Position numbers and translations under genes: made by a program
Notes under the pieces: generated by a model
What the model was told of the DNA's origin: nothing
The model's database searches: none
What the model saw: only the letters and a program-made list of their open reading frames with translations
In this document: positions 38,268 through 48,492 of the stretch, piece after piece
Layout: each line of letters starts with the position of its first letter
Position numbering within the stretch: the first letter of the stretch is position 1
Origin: Elusimicrobiota bacterium
GTDB taxonomy: Bacteria; Elusimicrobiota; Elusimicrobia; UBA1565; UBA9628
Length of the DNA: 64,000 bases
Direction: 5' to 3'
Assembly (NCBI GenBank): GCA_027319565.1
Contig: DAHVNA010000003.1
Span: forward strand, 1 to 64,000

Positions 38268-38992
38268 AAGCCCATTCCTCCGTCGACGCTTAAGATCGCC
38301 CCGTTAAGATAATCGTTCTCAATTAAATGCGCGACCGCTAGAGCGACCGCTTCCGCGCTGCCAAATTGCCCCAAGGCGATTTCTTGGCGAATCAGGTTCC
38401 GCGTCGCTTCCGCGATTGTCTCGGTCATGGACGTTTCAATAAAACCAGGGCTGACCGCATTGACCCTTAAGCCCTTGGGCCCCCATTCAAAAGCCGCCTG
38501 TTTGGTCAAGGCCTCAAGAGCGGCTTTGGACGCCCGGTAAACCGCGCTCCCCGTCAAAGCTTTTTTCGCCAAAATGGAGCTGACGTTAACGATCATTCCG
38601 GAACCGGATTTAATCATCTCCTTGGCGAAATCCCGCATCAGAAGAAGCGGCGTTTTAAAATTGACTCCCAAAATCAAGTCAATGGATTCTTCCTGGATAT
38701 TGAGAGTCGGCTCGTGGGGCTTGTCGATTCCAGCGTTATTGACGAGAATATAGGGATTTCCCTCTTTGAGAGCGGCCTCCAGTAAAGCGCCCCGGCCCCG
38801 CGCCGTCGAAAGATCGGCTTGAACCAAAAAAGAATTTTCTATTTCCGACTGCAAGGCCTTTGCGGCCTCGGCATTTCCTTTATAATGGATTCCAATTCGC
38901 AGTTCTCCCTCGCTTTTTTCGCTTAAAACCTTGGCGATGGCCCTCCCAATTCCGCCGGACGCTCCAGTAATGATCGCGACATCTTCAGACAT
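38264..38992 (-). CDS. FabG-like ketoacyl reductase (SDR)
   Basis: TGASGGIG, NNAG, YRASK, PGFIET, VDGG. Confidence 0.85.
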   Translation of the reverse strand: MSEDVAIITGASGGIGRAIAKVLSEKSEGELRIGIHYKGNAEAAKALQSEIENSFLVQADLSTARGRGALLEAALKEGNPYILVNNAGIDKPHEPTLNIQEESIDLILGVNFKTPLLLMRDFAKEMIKSGSGMIVNVSSILAKKALTGSAVYRASKAALEALTKQAAFEWGPKGLRVNAVSPGFIETSMTETIAEATRNLIRQEIALGQFGSAEAVALAVAHLIENDYLNGAILSVDGGMGL

Positions 38993-39999
38993 TAGAGAAC
39001 CTCCATATATCCGCCGCCCCAGGCAAGCCCGGCCCCCAAAACGGCGTAAACGATCTGATCTCCTTTCTTAAACCGGCTCCAATTTTGCGCGAGAACCGAG
39101 GGGCACCCTGCGGCGGCGATATTTCCTTGCTCCCGCACGTTTCTCAAATGGCGTTTTTCCGGAAGCTGCAAATGTTCAAGAATGGAATTTTGCATCACGA
39201 AATTAGCTTGGTGGGCGATGGTATAACAATCTTCGGCATAAAGCCCTTTTCGTTGGGCTATTTCCTCGAACATCTCGCAGGTTTTCCGTATTGAAAACTC
39301 GCGAACCGCCGCTCCGTTTTGCCTAAAATGTCCGACGGAATCAATCACGATTTCATCGGCATCTTCCGATCTGGTTTCAAAAATCACAGGTTCGACCTTC
39401 AGTCGCCCCGGATGCTTGGACGAGACCACTTCCGCCGCCGCTCCGTCTCCCCAAATATATCCATCGATACTTTTGGCTGAATAGTCCGTGCGCGTCGTGT
39501 AAGCCGAGGACTGAACGCAAAGAATAAATTCCGGAAGACTTTCCTTTTCCATATCCGCAAGGGTTTTCATATGGAGAGAAAAACTCGAGCACGCGGAGTT
39601 GATATCGCAGTGCGGCCCCGGCCGAGCGCCCAGTTCCCGCGCGATTTGATTGGCCAGGCAGGGAATCATTTCAAAGGGCGTGTCGCAGTTAGCGATCACC
39701 CAACCAATTTGACTCGGAGAAACACGGGCGCGCTCTAAAGCTTGTCTTGCCGCCAAAACCGCAAGGCTTAACGGCGTCTCGCCGCGAGAGCGGGCGTGCA
39801 AAATCGCTTGATCAGGGTTTTTATTTTTAGTTTCCCGGAGATAATCAAGGCTTAAAACCGAATAACGGCTGTTGATGCCAAGCCGAGAATCCACCCAGTC
39901 CTGGCCTTTTTCAAGCCCCACTTCCCGATGCAGAAAATCATTGCTTATTTCCGTTTTCGGGAGAGAACTGCCGATGCCGTGAATGTAAAACCCGCCCAT
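38992..39999 (-). CDS. FabH-like ketoacyl-ACP synthase III
   Basis: Cys-His-Asn in SACSSF, HQAN, GNI; WGDGAAA, GAGLAWG. Confidence 0.87.
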   Translation of the reverse strand: MGGFYIHGIGSSLPKTEISNDFLHREVGLEKGQDWVDSRLGINSRYSVLSLDYLRETKNKNPDQAILHARSRGETPLSLAVLAARQALERARVSPSQIGWVIANCDTPFEMIPCLANQIARELGARPGPHCDINSACSSFSLHMKTLADMEKESLPEFILCVQSSAYTTRTDYSAKSIDGYIWGDGAAAEVVSSKHPGRLKVEPVIFETRSEDADEIVIDSVGHFRQNGAAVREFSIRKTCEMFEEIAQRKGLYAEDCYTIAHQANFVMQNSILEHLQLPEKRHLRNVREQGNIAAAGCPSVLAQNWSRFKKGDQIVYAVLGAGLAWGGGYMEVL

Positions 40000-40980
40000 C
40001 TATAATCCCGAGATCGCTTCTCCGCCGTCAACGCGCAGAACCTCGCCATTGACCCAGGAAAAACCGGGGAGACAAACCTGATAAATTGTCTCGGCCACGT
40101 CCTCGGGAGTAGTCAGGCGGTGATAAGGGTTTCTCATGCGCGCCTGGGCCTTCATTAAATCGAAATTGGGGATCGCGTTTCCAGCCGGGGTATCGGTAAT
40201 TCCGGCTTGAATCACTAATGAGCGCGCGCCGTAAGGCGCCAATTCCACCGCTAAAGCCCGGCAAGAAGCCTCCAGAGAACACTTCGCCGCTGAAACCGCA
40301 GCATATCCCTTCCAAGCGATTTCATTCCCTTCCGATGTCATCGCGATGAGACGCGCCTCTTTGCTCAAAAGCCCTTCCTTGGACAACTCCCGCCCCCAAA
40401 GCAGATAGTCATACCCCATCATCCAAATCGTACGGCTCAAATCTTCTTCGCTTAATAAATCCTCGCGATAGGGAATGCGGCTATCGGCCAAGGTATAGAG
40501 GGCATCACATTTTTTTTCATGAAAAGCCTCGTTAATCGCCGCGCGCAAAACTTCGGCGGAAGCGGAAACGCCGCGTTTTGAGAGAGACTCCGACAATCCC
40601 TTGATAGCCGCGCCTTTAAAATCGGGGGTTTTATCTTCCAAGATGAGTTTGCACGCTCCTGCCGCCACCGAATGCATAAAAAGATGAACCCCTTGAGGCC
40701 CCGCTTCCTTAGAGAGGCTTTCAAAAACAAGCCCGCGCTCGTCTTCATCGAATAAATTGACGTTGTGGGTGACCAAGCGAACGCCCAAAGAGCGAATTTC
40801 ATCAAAATGAGGCTTTATCGAAGTTTCAACAACGCCTTCTTTGTCTTTATGCGCGATAAAAATATTGAGCCCGCTCTGGGCCAAGCGCTTGGCCGCGGCC
40901 AAGCCAAAACCGGAAGAGCCGCCTAAAATGACAGCCCAAAGATTTTTCCCGACAAACGGCTTTTCTTCAAAATGAGCCAT
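40000..40980 (-). CDS. Enoyl-ACP reductase (FabL/FabI-like SDR)
   Basis: LGGSSGFG, YAAVSAAK (Yx6K), RLTTPEDVA, VDGG. Confidence 0.8.
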   Translation of the reverse strand: MAHFEEKPFVGKNLWAVILGGSSGFGLAAAKRLAQSGLNIFIAHKDKEGVVETSIKPHFDEIRSLGVRLVTHNVNLFDEDERGLVFESLSKEAGPQGVHLFMHSVAAGACKLILEDKTPDFKGAAIKGLSESLSKRGVSASAEVLRAAINEAFHEKKCDALYTLADSRIPYREDLLSEEDLSRTIWMMGYDYLLWGRELSKEGLLSKEARLIAMTSEGNEIAWKGYAAVSAAKCSLEASCRALAVELAPYGARSLVIQAGITDTPAGNAIPNFDLMKAQARMRNPYHRLTTPEDVAETIYQVCLPGFSWVNGEVLRVDGGEAISGL

Positions 40981-41053
40981 GGCTTATTATAACATTTGAT
41001 TTTAACTACCCCCACTGGACATCCACAGCGGAAACCTTGCTACAATAGACTCG

Positions 41054-42034
41054 ATGCGCCGCTTAAATAAAAGCGTGTTTTTTGTCTCCGCCTTTTTGTT
41101 CGCGGCTTCCGCTTGGGGACAAACGGACATCTCATCTAGGTATTTTAAGTCCGGATGGGCCAAGGCTAAGGCTCCCGACTTTGCCCCAATCAAGTCAAAC
41201 CCAGTCTTGGTCCAAAAACCCGGGGACACTTTCCACGCCGAATACGCTCGCCCCACCCATATTTTCGTCACGGAAATGGCTTACCAGCTGTATTCTTCGC
41301 AGTTTGGCGGCGGAGAAATGGCCCAATACTTGCCGAAAATTGTCAAAGCCTCATATGAAGAAGATATGCCGTTTAAAAATCCCTTCGGACAACTGATCCC
41401 TGAATTGCGGCATTTTTGGGATCCCCGGCGAGGACTTAAAAAAGGGCTGGCCGGCTATGACAGCGCGGTAGACCGCGCCTATAAATATTTTACCGGCGGA
41501 TACGGAATTGATGGGAAATACGACCCGCGCTGGTCCGTAGAAGGAGTCAAGGGACAAGGAATCATTTTTCTTTACCGCGCGGGAGAAAAAGTCCAGGCCT
41601 ACGAATACTTAGGACATGTCGCCCATTTGTTAGAGGATCTCACCGTCCCAGCCCACACTTTATTATGGCCTCACCTGCACGCTATTCCCGGAAGCGACGC
41701 ATATGAAACTTACGCGGAAACTCACTTCCGCGAAAACTTCAAAATGCCAAGCTCAAACGTGGAATCATTTTCTTCTCTCTACGATCTTTTTAACCAAACG
41801 GCCCGAACCACCCAGGAGTTCGACGCCGGATTCGGCCCCGGGCCTCTTGAAGGAAAAGACGGGACGCTCGACCGCGGTCAAAGAAGAAAGGACGGGTTTA
41901 CCCCCTTGGAACTCCAAGAAGAAGCCCGGGTTTTGTTGCCGCTCGCCGTCAAGCGCGTAGCCGCTCTTTTTCTCTATTTTCAAAACCAAGCTGCTAATAA
42001 TTTTTCCAAGCCACTGATTCCTTCTCTTAAATAG
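41054..42034 (+). CDS. Secreted zinc-dependent phospholipase C / P1-nuclease fold protein
   Basis: Signal peptide; TH, HFWDP, LGHVAHLLEDLTVPAH, YE zinc-ligand pattern. Confidence 0.7.
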   Translation: MRRLNKSVFFVSAFLFAASAWGQTDISSRYFKSGWAKAKAPDFAPIKSNPVLVQKPGDTFHAEYARPTHIFVTEMAYQLYSSQFGGGEMAQYLPKIVKASYEEDMPFKNPFGQLIPELRHFWDPRRGLKKGLAGYDSAVDRAYKYFTGGYGIDGKYDPRWSVEGVKGQGIIFLYRAGEKVQAYEYLGHVAHLLEDLTVPAHTLLWPHLHAIPGSDAYETYAETHFRENFKMPSSNVESFSSLYDLFNQTARTTQEFDAGFGPGPLEGKDGTLDRGQRRKDGFTPLELQEEARVLLPLAVKRVAALFLYFQNQAANNFSKPLIPSLK

Positions 42035-42087
42035 GCCCGGCCGTTCTCCAGACACCAACAGACATTTTAATTTGCTATTTTTTAGTC

Positions 42088-42888
42088 ATGGAGAACGTTG
42101 ACCACTTGCCCGCAACTTCCGTGATTTCCGAGAAAACTTTCGGAAAAGTCCGCTGCCTTGTTTTTAACCATCCGCCTTCAAACAATCTCTCGTTATCTTT
42201 TTTCGACGCGTTTGAGGCCGCTCTTAAAGTCGCCCAGGAAGACTCCGGCGTTCGCGCTGTTTTGCTTGCCTCTTCAATCCCGAAATACTTCTCGGCGGGC
42301 CTGGAATTATCCGAACTTTTCTCATCGGAGGAAAAGACTCGAACCCGTTTATTCCTGCGTTTGGTTGACCTTCACAAAAAACTCGCCCATTTTCCGAAAC
42401 CGACCGTCGCCGCCATCGAAGGCTCCGCCTTTTTGGGCGGTTTTGTCTTGGCCCTGGGATGCGATTTTCGCCTCATGGCCGAGGAAACCGGACGCGTTTC
42501 TCTCAGCGAGATTCGCTTGGGCCTTTCCCCCACCCTTCCACTGATTTCTCTTGTCGCCTCGATGTCCGGGCGTCCGGGATTAATTAAAGACCTCATTTTA
42601 AAAGGAAAGACTCTCAGGGCCGGAGAAGCTCTTGAAGCAGGACTCGTGGACCATATTTTTCCTAATTCTAATTTCTTTGAAACATCCATCAAGGAAGCCG
42701 AGAAACTCTCGAAACTGCCGCCGATGGCCTATGCGGCGATTAAAACCTCTCTTCGCGCGGTTTTGATGAAAGATGAGGAGAAACTCTGGGAAAAAGGGCT
42801 GGTGGAATTTAATTCCCTTTTTGCGGGAGAAGAAGCCCAAGAAGGCGTTCGCGCGATGTTTGAGAAAAGAAAGCCGCGATGGGAATAA
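42088..42888 (+). CDS. Enoyl-CoA hydratase/isomerase (crotonase fold)
   Basis: FSAGLEL, PKPTVAAIEG, LALGCDFR, SEIRLG. Confidence 0.9.
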   Translation: MENVDHLPATSVISEKTFGKVRCLVFNHPPSNNLSLSFFDAFEAALKVAQEDSGVRAVLLASSIPKYFSAGLELSELFSSEEKTRTRLFLRLVDLHKKLAHFPKPTVAAIEGSAFLGGFVLALGCDFRLMAEETGRVSLSEIRLGLSPTLPLISLVASMSGRPGLIKDLILKGKTLRAGEALEAGLVDHIFPNSNFFETSIKEAEKLSKLPPMAYAAIKTSLRAVLMKDEEKLWEKGLVEFNSLFAGEEAQEGVRAMFEKRKPRWE

Positions 42889-43712
42889 ATTCTCTTTTTT
42901 CTCCGGAACTCCTTAAGGGCAAGGTGGCCGTCGTCACCGGAGGCGGAACAGGAATCGGGAAAGTGATCGCGCTAGATTTTGCGCGCCACGGGGCCAATGT
43001 CGCGGTCGTTTCTCGAAATATCGATCGCCTCAAGGAAACGGTTCTTGAAATCGAAAAATTGGGAGCGGAAGCGGCGGCTTTTCCCTGCGATGTCTCTCTT
43101 CCGGAACAGGTGCGCGCCGCCTCCCGTGCCGTGATCGAAAAATTTAAGCGCGTCGATATTTTAGTCAACAATGCCGCCGCCAATTTTATCCGACCGTCCG
43201 AAAAATTAACCTCCGTTCGCTGGAAAAAGGTCATCGACATCGTTTTAAACGGAACTTTCTATTCAAGCCTTGAATTTGGCCGAGAAATGCTCGCCCAAAA
43301 AAGCGGGCGGATCATTAATCTTGTCGCCGCCTACGCCTGGACCGGAGCGCCAGGCCTTCTTCCTTCGGCTTCGGCAAAAGCGGGAGTGGTCGCCCTCACC
43401 AAAACCCTCGGAACGGAGTGGGCCTCGCGAGGAGTCCTGGTCAACGCCATCGCGCCAGGCCCGATAGACACTCCCCAGACCCGCGAACGCCTTTGGCCGA
43501 CCCCGGAAATGGAAAAACAAATTCTCTCCAGCATTCCATTGGGACATTTTGGAAAAGAAGAGGATGTCTCGGCCTTAACTCTTTTTTTGGCCTCGGAACT
43601 TGGAAGGAATATCTCGGGCGAGGTTATCACCTCCGATGGAGCGCAAAGCCTCGGAAGAGGAGCTCTCGATTTACTCAATGCCGCCGCCAAGAATCACCCT
43701 AACAACGATTAA
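42879..43712 (+). CDS. 2,4-dienoyl-CoA reductase-like SDR
   Basis: TGGGTGIG, NNAAANF, SASAKAGV (no catalytic Tyr), IAPGPI. Confidence 0.82.
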   Translation: MGINSLFSPELLKGKVAVVTGGGTGIGKVIALDFARHGANVAVVSRNIDRLKETVLEIEKLGAEAAAFPCDVSLPEQVRAASRAVIEKFKRVDILVNNAAANFIRPSEKLTSVRWKKVIDIVLNGTFYSSLEFGREMLAQKSGRIINLVAAYAWTGAPGLLPSASAKAGVVALTKTLGTEWASRGVLVNAIAPGPIDTPQTRERLWPTPEMEKQILSSIPLGHFGKEEDVSALTLFLASELGRNISGEVITSDGAQSLGRGALDLLNAAAKNHPNND

Positions 43713-45451
43713 TATCGATATTGAATCAAGATCGGACTTGGATGATCGGCATTAGGGCCGGCCAGAACAAGCACTCGCCTCTTGGCAAAAGGAACAATCC
43801 CTAAAATTGTCTGATGGGCCGGATAACGAGCCTGAAGAATCATCTGGCCTCCTTGGAGTTTGAAAACCAAAAGCTCTCCTCCCTTTGAGTCAAAGGCCCA
43901 AAGCCTTCCATCAACCCAAGCCATGGCTGTCACGGCAAACCCATTTCCCAAGGAATAGGCCTGGGTTTGCGTCGGATCAGAACCGTGCTGGTAAAGGAGC
44001 CCATTGACCGCATCATAAGACCACAGGGATTTTCCATCGAAAGCCAGAGCCGTCGGCGCCGGGCCCGGAGCGGGATAACTCTCGGAAACAACCCCAGGGT
44101 CGGAAGAAGAATGCTCAATGAGGCGGGCTTGGGCCGCGTCCAAAGACCATAAATTGCCTTTCCCAAATACGAGAGAAGAGGGATGATAGGGCTTCGTCGC
44201 CAAAACCTTGGCGCTCCGAGTAATCGTATCGGCCTTTTGAGGAGAAAATGACTTTAAATTCCCATCCCAGTCGGAGGCCCAAAGCATGTTCCCGTCAAAG
44301 GCAAGCCCCGTGGGATTGGAAAGAGAAACCGCTTGAACCGAAAGGGCATGAAAATGGAAACGGTTAAAATAATTCCAAACTCGATATCCCCCAACGCTCA
44401 CAACCGCCAAGGCCAGGATAGAAAACCAAAACCCCTTGCGCTTAAGCGTTCTCAAAGCCGGGTGGGGACTCTCCACTTTTTCTGAAACCCTCTTCATGAA
44501 GGAAGATAATTTCGCCGTCGCCTCCGCCGATTCACGCACGCTCTGATTCATCGCTTCGGTAAAGCGCAAATGTTCCGATTCCTTTTTCTCAAGGTCGGCA
44601 TGCCAACTCTCCCGCTCTTTCCGCAAATTTTCTTCCCAAGAGGATAATTCCGCTCTCTGGTTTTGCCAAGCAGAGCGCTCACGGTCCCAAAGCTCCTTCC
44701 ATTCCGCGCGCTCTTGCTCCCAAATTTTGGAAAGCTCTTCCAAATGTTTTTCCAAATCGGCGACTTTTTTAAGGGCCCCCGCCTTATCTTTTTCCGCCTC
44801 GCTTAAGCGATGCCTTTCTTCCAATAGTTCCGCCAAGGTTTTTTCAAGGGCGGTCTTGGCCTCCCGGAGACTCTGGGATGATTTTTCCAAATCGCGGGAT
44901 AAAACGGATGATTCCTGCTGGACTCGCCCGGTCAAAGCCTGCGTCTCCCGCAAACTTTGGAGGTATTCCTCCTCTTTTTTTTGCCACATTTCCTCTTGGC
45001 GTTCGAGAATTTTTTGCTGTTCGGATAAGCGCTCCCGGGTTTGAGACAAAAGAGACTTGAGCTTTTCTTTTTCGATAGCGTGATTTTTTCTCTCTTCTTC
45101 CAAACTCTTTAAAGCCGCTTCGATTTTGCCCTCGGTCTCAAGCCCGCCGTGTAAAATGGCCGCCTCTTGCCCCGACAGTTCACTCTTCAGATGTTGGATT
45201 TCGCCGCGCAAGATCGCTTCCCGTTGTCTTGATTCCTCCAAAGCCTTATATCTCGAGCTTAGGAGTTCGGAAAGTTCTTCCGCTTCGCGCCGGCTTTTTT
45301 TACGGACTAAAGACAAGGCCTCCCAAGCGGCTTGGGAAGGAAATGCCTGACCCTCGCCCGAGAAAGGAATCAGAAATTCAGAGGAAGAAGATTCGGCCTT
45401 TCTCCACAAATCCTCAAGATTGTCCTCAAATCCGAAAAGATCTTCCGCCAT
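43709..45451 (-). CDS. Long coiled coil + single TM + beta-propeller-like C-terminal domain
   Basis: ~330 aa E/K/R/Q-rich helix, TM FWFSILALAVVSVGG, repeats of LAFDG..LW.D type. Confidence 0.7.
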   Translation of the reverse strand: MAEDLFGFEDNLEDLWRKAESSSSEFLIPFSGEGQAFPSQAAWEALSLVRKKSRREAEELSELLSSRYKALEESRQREAILRGEIQHLKSELSGQEAAILHGGLETEGKIEAALKSLEEERKNHAIEKEKLKSLLSQTRERLSEQQKILERQEEMWQKKEEEYLQSLRETQALTGRVQQESSVLSRDLEKSSQSLREAKTALEKTLAELLEERHRLSEAEKDKAGALKKVADLEKHLEELSKIWEQERAEWKELWDRERSAWQNQRAELSSWEENLRKERESWHADLEKKESEHLRFTEAMNQSVRESAEATAKLSSFMKRVSEKVESPHPALRTLKRKGFWFSILALAVVSVGGYRVWNYFNRFHFHALSVQAVSLSNPTGLAFDGNMLWASDWDGNLKSFSPQKADTITRSAKVLATKPYHPSSLVFGKGNLWSLDAAQARLIEHSSSDPGVVSESYPAPGPAPTALAFDGKSLWSYDAVNGLLYQHGSDPTQTQAYSLGNGFAVTAMAWVDGRLWAFDSKGGELLVFKLQGGQMILQARYPAHQTILGIVPFAKRRVLVLAGPNADHPSPILIQYRY

Positions 45452-45516
45452 GACCTTATTGTAAGGCCCCAAAGCCCAAAAATCAATATCGGAATTGTTA
45501 CGGGAAAAGAAAAGAC

Positions 45517-46494
45517 CTAGGTGAACAACTCAAGATGAGCGGTCAAACCGGACTTTTTGGAAAGCTGAACGGCTTGTTTAAACAAAATCTCCGCCGCGCG
45601 CGTTTCGCCCAGAGCATGCAAAACCTGGGAGAGAGAAATTTGAGCCAAGACAAGACCGCGGTTTTCATGAGCCCTCTTAAATAAGGCTAAAGCCTGGCCT
45701 AAAAACCGGCGAGCGTCTTTTAAATTTCCCTGTTGCATATCGACCCGCGCAAGACCCCATTCGACATAACCCAGATCGGCCGGATCTCCCAGCTTGCGGT
45801 AAAGAAATCGGGATTTCAGGTAAAGTTCCTTAGCCTCGCCATAAAGCCCCTTCTGCCTTAACGCGTTTCCGAGTCCGCAATAGGCATATGCTTTCGCGAA
45901 CAAATCCGCGCTTTGAGACAATAAATTTTTGGCTTTGCGGTAATAATTTTCGGAGTCCGAGAGTTTCCCCTGAATCCGGGAAATTCCGCCTAAACCCAAT
46001 AAAGCGTAAATTTTTCCGTCACCGTCTTTGGCTTTTGAGGCCAGTTCCAAAGACCGAAGATAAGCCTTTTTTGATTTCTCAAGTTGACCGGAAAATCTCA
46101 AGGCTCCGCCGAGCGCCCATTCAATGAAAGCGCAGGCCTGAAAATCCTTTTCCCGAATCTTTCGTTTTAAAAAGGCGTTTAAGCGAGAAATACTCTCCTG
46201 ATATTTCCCATCCGCCCTGTCGACAAGAATTTCTTCTAAATCGACGGATTCTTTTTCATCCATTCTGCCCGCCCGCCGCATCTCAAAGCGCGCGTTTTCA
46301 ATATATCCGCGAGCGCTGGAAATGTCTCCAATACTTCGCGCGATAGAGGCCAAGGACAGAAAAGAGTCAAAGCGCAAAGACGGGTCTGAGCTTGTTTTGA
46401 GCGCGCGAAGATAAGCCAGCTGAGCTTGTGCAAAAAGCCCGCGCGCGCGAAAATTCTCCGCTTTCTCTAAAATTTTCCAGGAAAAATCGGCCAT
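45517..46494 (-). CDS. Cytoplasmic TPR protein
   Basis: ~40-aa repeats A...LG...R..G....A...Y.....L....D. Confidence 0.8.
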   Translation of the reverse strand: MADFSWKILEKAENFRARGLFAQAQLAYLRALKTSSDPSLRFDSFLSLASIARSIGDISSARGYIENARFEMRRAGRMDEKESVDLEEILVDRADGKYQESISRLNAFLKRKIREKDFQACAFIEWALGGALRFSGQLEKSKKAYLRSLELASKAKDGDGKIYALLGLGGISRIQGKLSDSENYYRKAKNLLSQSADLFAKAYAYCGLGNALRQKGLYGEAKELYLKSRFLYRKLGDPADLGYVEWGLARVDMQQGNLKDARRFLGQALALFKRAHENRGLVLAQISLSQVLHALGETRAAEILFKQAVQLSKKSGLTAHLELFT

Positions 46495-46543
46495 CGTTAG
46501 ATTATATCTTTCCAGAAGCCTCCGAAATTGTTGTGATATAGGA

Positions 46544-47401
46544 GTGAAGAAAAAAACCGGGCTATTACTGAGTCTTTTCCTCTTGCCGATTTTAGGCTTT
46601 GAGCCGCTCAATGAACCTCCCCAATGGCACGAGGATTCAACCTTTCACTACAAAATCCTCCATCAAGATACCTGGCTTCCGATGGGGTTTACGCTCAAGT
46701 TGGAAAATATCCACAGCCGCATGAGAATGGATCTCGCTTGGTGTTGGCCGCCGGTTTCATCTGCCGCCAAAATTCCACTCTACCTCTACCGCAATCAAAG
46801 GCTCTATGAAAATGGCCGCTTTCACCCGCCCGCTTGGAGCGTAGGGCTGGCCGAACCCGGGATACGAACGATTCTCTCTTTCGATCAAAAACCGATGGCC
46901 AATCTTTATCAGATCATCGCTCACGAAACCACCCACGTCATTTTTGTCTCTTATTGGCTGAGAAAAAACCAAAGCTATCCGCCCTATTGGCTCAACGAAG
47001 GCCTAGCGATGGTTGAACAGACCTCAGAAGAGCACTCCAAAGACTGTTATTGGTATCAACAAATATCTTATCTTTCAGGGCAGAATCTCTTCCCGCTTAA
47101 AACATTGATGCGGCTTGAGCCCATGAAAATGAATAATACCAGCGCCATTCAATTGTGGTATGTCGAGTCTTATTCTCTAATCTATTTCTTGCTGAGAAAG
47201 CGCCCCAATTTTTACTTTAAAACCTTCGTCTCTTATCTCCGGGATGGGCGCTCTTTTAGAACAGCTCTTTGGGCGGGATACCATTACACTCCCCGGCAAC
47301 TTGAGAGTGAGTGGCATAAATTCTTAAATATCCAAAGCCGACATAAAACTTTCGGCCCCATCTCGACTGTCGGCTTTTTCCACGATCTCGGGCCCTCTTA
47401 A
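46544..47401 (+). CDS. Exported gluzincin (peptidase MA-like) metalloprotease
   Basis: HETTH...PYWLNEGLA; signal peptide. Confidence 0.78.
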   Translation: MKKKTGLLLSLFLLPILGFEPLNEPPQWHEDSTFHYKILHQDTWLPMGFTLKLENIHSRMRMDLAWCWPPVSSAAKIPLYLYRNQRLYENGRFHPPAWSVGLAEPGIRTILSFDQKPMANLYQIIAHETTHVIFVSYWLRKNQSYPPYWLNEGLAMVEQTSEEHSKDCYWYQQISYLSGQNLFPLKTLMRLEPMKMNNTSAIQLWYVESYSLIYFLLRKRPNFYFKTFVSYLRDGRSFRTALWAGYHYTPRQLESEWHKFLNIQSRHKTFGPISTVGFFHDLGPS

Positions 47402-48453
47402 CGGGGGAATGTTTTAGGAATATTGACGCGAACGGGTTTCCCGTTGAGAGCTTTCAAAAAAGCGACCAAATCTTTTTTCTGTTGAGAATTAAGCCCCAGT
47501 GGATGAATTTCCTTGTCCAGATAAGGGTTGGGGTTTCCGCCTTTGTTATAAAAATCGATGACCTCTTCCAGTGTTTTTTCCGAACCGTCATGCATATAAG
47601 GGTGGGTGTAGAGTAAACCCCGAAGTCCGGGAGTCTTAAAACGCCCCTGGTCACCGTCTTTTTTCGTGACCAAATAGCGGCCAAGGTCCGGATGTTTGGC
47701 ATTCATCCCGACGCCCAAATTATGAAAGCTGGAATCAGAGAAATTGGGACCAGTATGGCAAGCGTCGCAATGGGCTCTTCCAAAAAACAGATTCATTCCC
47801 CGCTGAGCCGACAAAGACAAGGCTTTCTTGTTTCCGGCGATAAACCGGTCATAATCTGAATCCCCGGATAAAATAGTTCGCTCAAAACTCGCGATGGCTT
47901 CAACAATGCGCTCAGACGTAATCGGCCCGGGGCCGAAAGCCTTTCTAAACATTTTTTGATAGCCTTTAATTTGCCCAATTTTCTGTTCGACTCCTTTGAG
48001 GGAAAATCCCATCTCCACCGGATTTTGAATCGGGCCCTTGGCCTGCTCTTCTAAGCTGGGGGCTCTCCCATCCCAAAATTGGAGTTCGTTATAAGTCGCG
48101 TTGAAAACAGGCGGAGCGCTACGCGCGCCTTTTAAGCCGTTAATTCCGGTTGAGACCGGACTCTGATCGGTCCAACCCTTGGCCGGGTCATGGCAGGTAG
48201 CGCAGCTAATCGTGTTATTGCGAGAAAGTCTCTTATCGAAATACAGATATCTTCCCAAATCCACTTTCTCTTTAGTGATCGGATTGTTTTGAGGAACCTT
48301 GGGTTTGCTTAATCCTAAAGGAACTGGATAAGGGTAAGCGGGAGCGCTGGCGCTTGAATCATCGCCCCAATCATCGGCCAAAAGCCCCCGAGAAAAAAAT
48401 ATCAAGGGCACAAGAAGAGTCAAAGCCAAGACTATATTTTTTTTCATCATCAT
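47398..48453 (-). CDS. Di-heme cytochrome c peroxidase (Ccp/MauG family)
   Basis: CATCH and CDACH, FWDGRA, NPVEM, FKTPGLR, PYMHDG. Confidence 0.92.
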   Translation of the reverse strand: MMMKKNIVLALTLLVPLIFFSRGLLADDWGDDSSASAPAYPYPVPLGLSKPKVPQNNPITKEKVDLGRYLYFDKRLSRNNTISCATCHDPAKGWTDQSPVSTGINGLKGARSAPPVFNATYNELQFWDGRAPSLEEQAKGPIQNPVEMGFSLKGVEQKIGQIKGYQKMFRKAFGPGPITSERIVEAIASFERTILSGDSDYDRFIAGNKKALSLSAQRGMNLFFGRAHCDACHTGPNFSDSSFHNLGVGMNAKHPDLGRYLVTKKDGDQGRFKTPGLRGLLYTHPYMHDGSEKTLEEVIDFYNKGGNPNPYLDKEIHPLGLNSQQKKDLVAFLKALNGKPVRVNIPKTFPR

Positions 48454-48492
48454 TTTTTCTCCATTTAAAACCTTATGGGATCGTTACGAATC

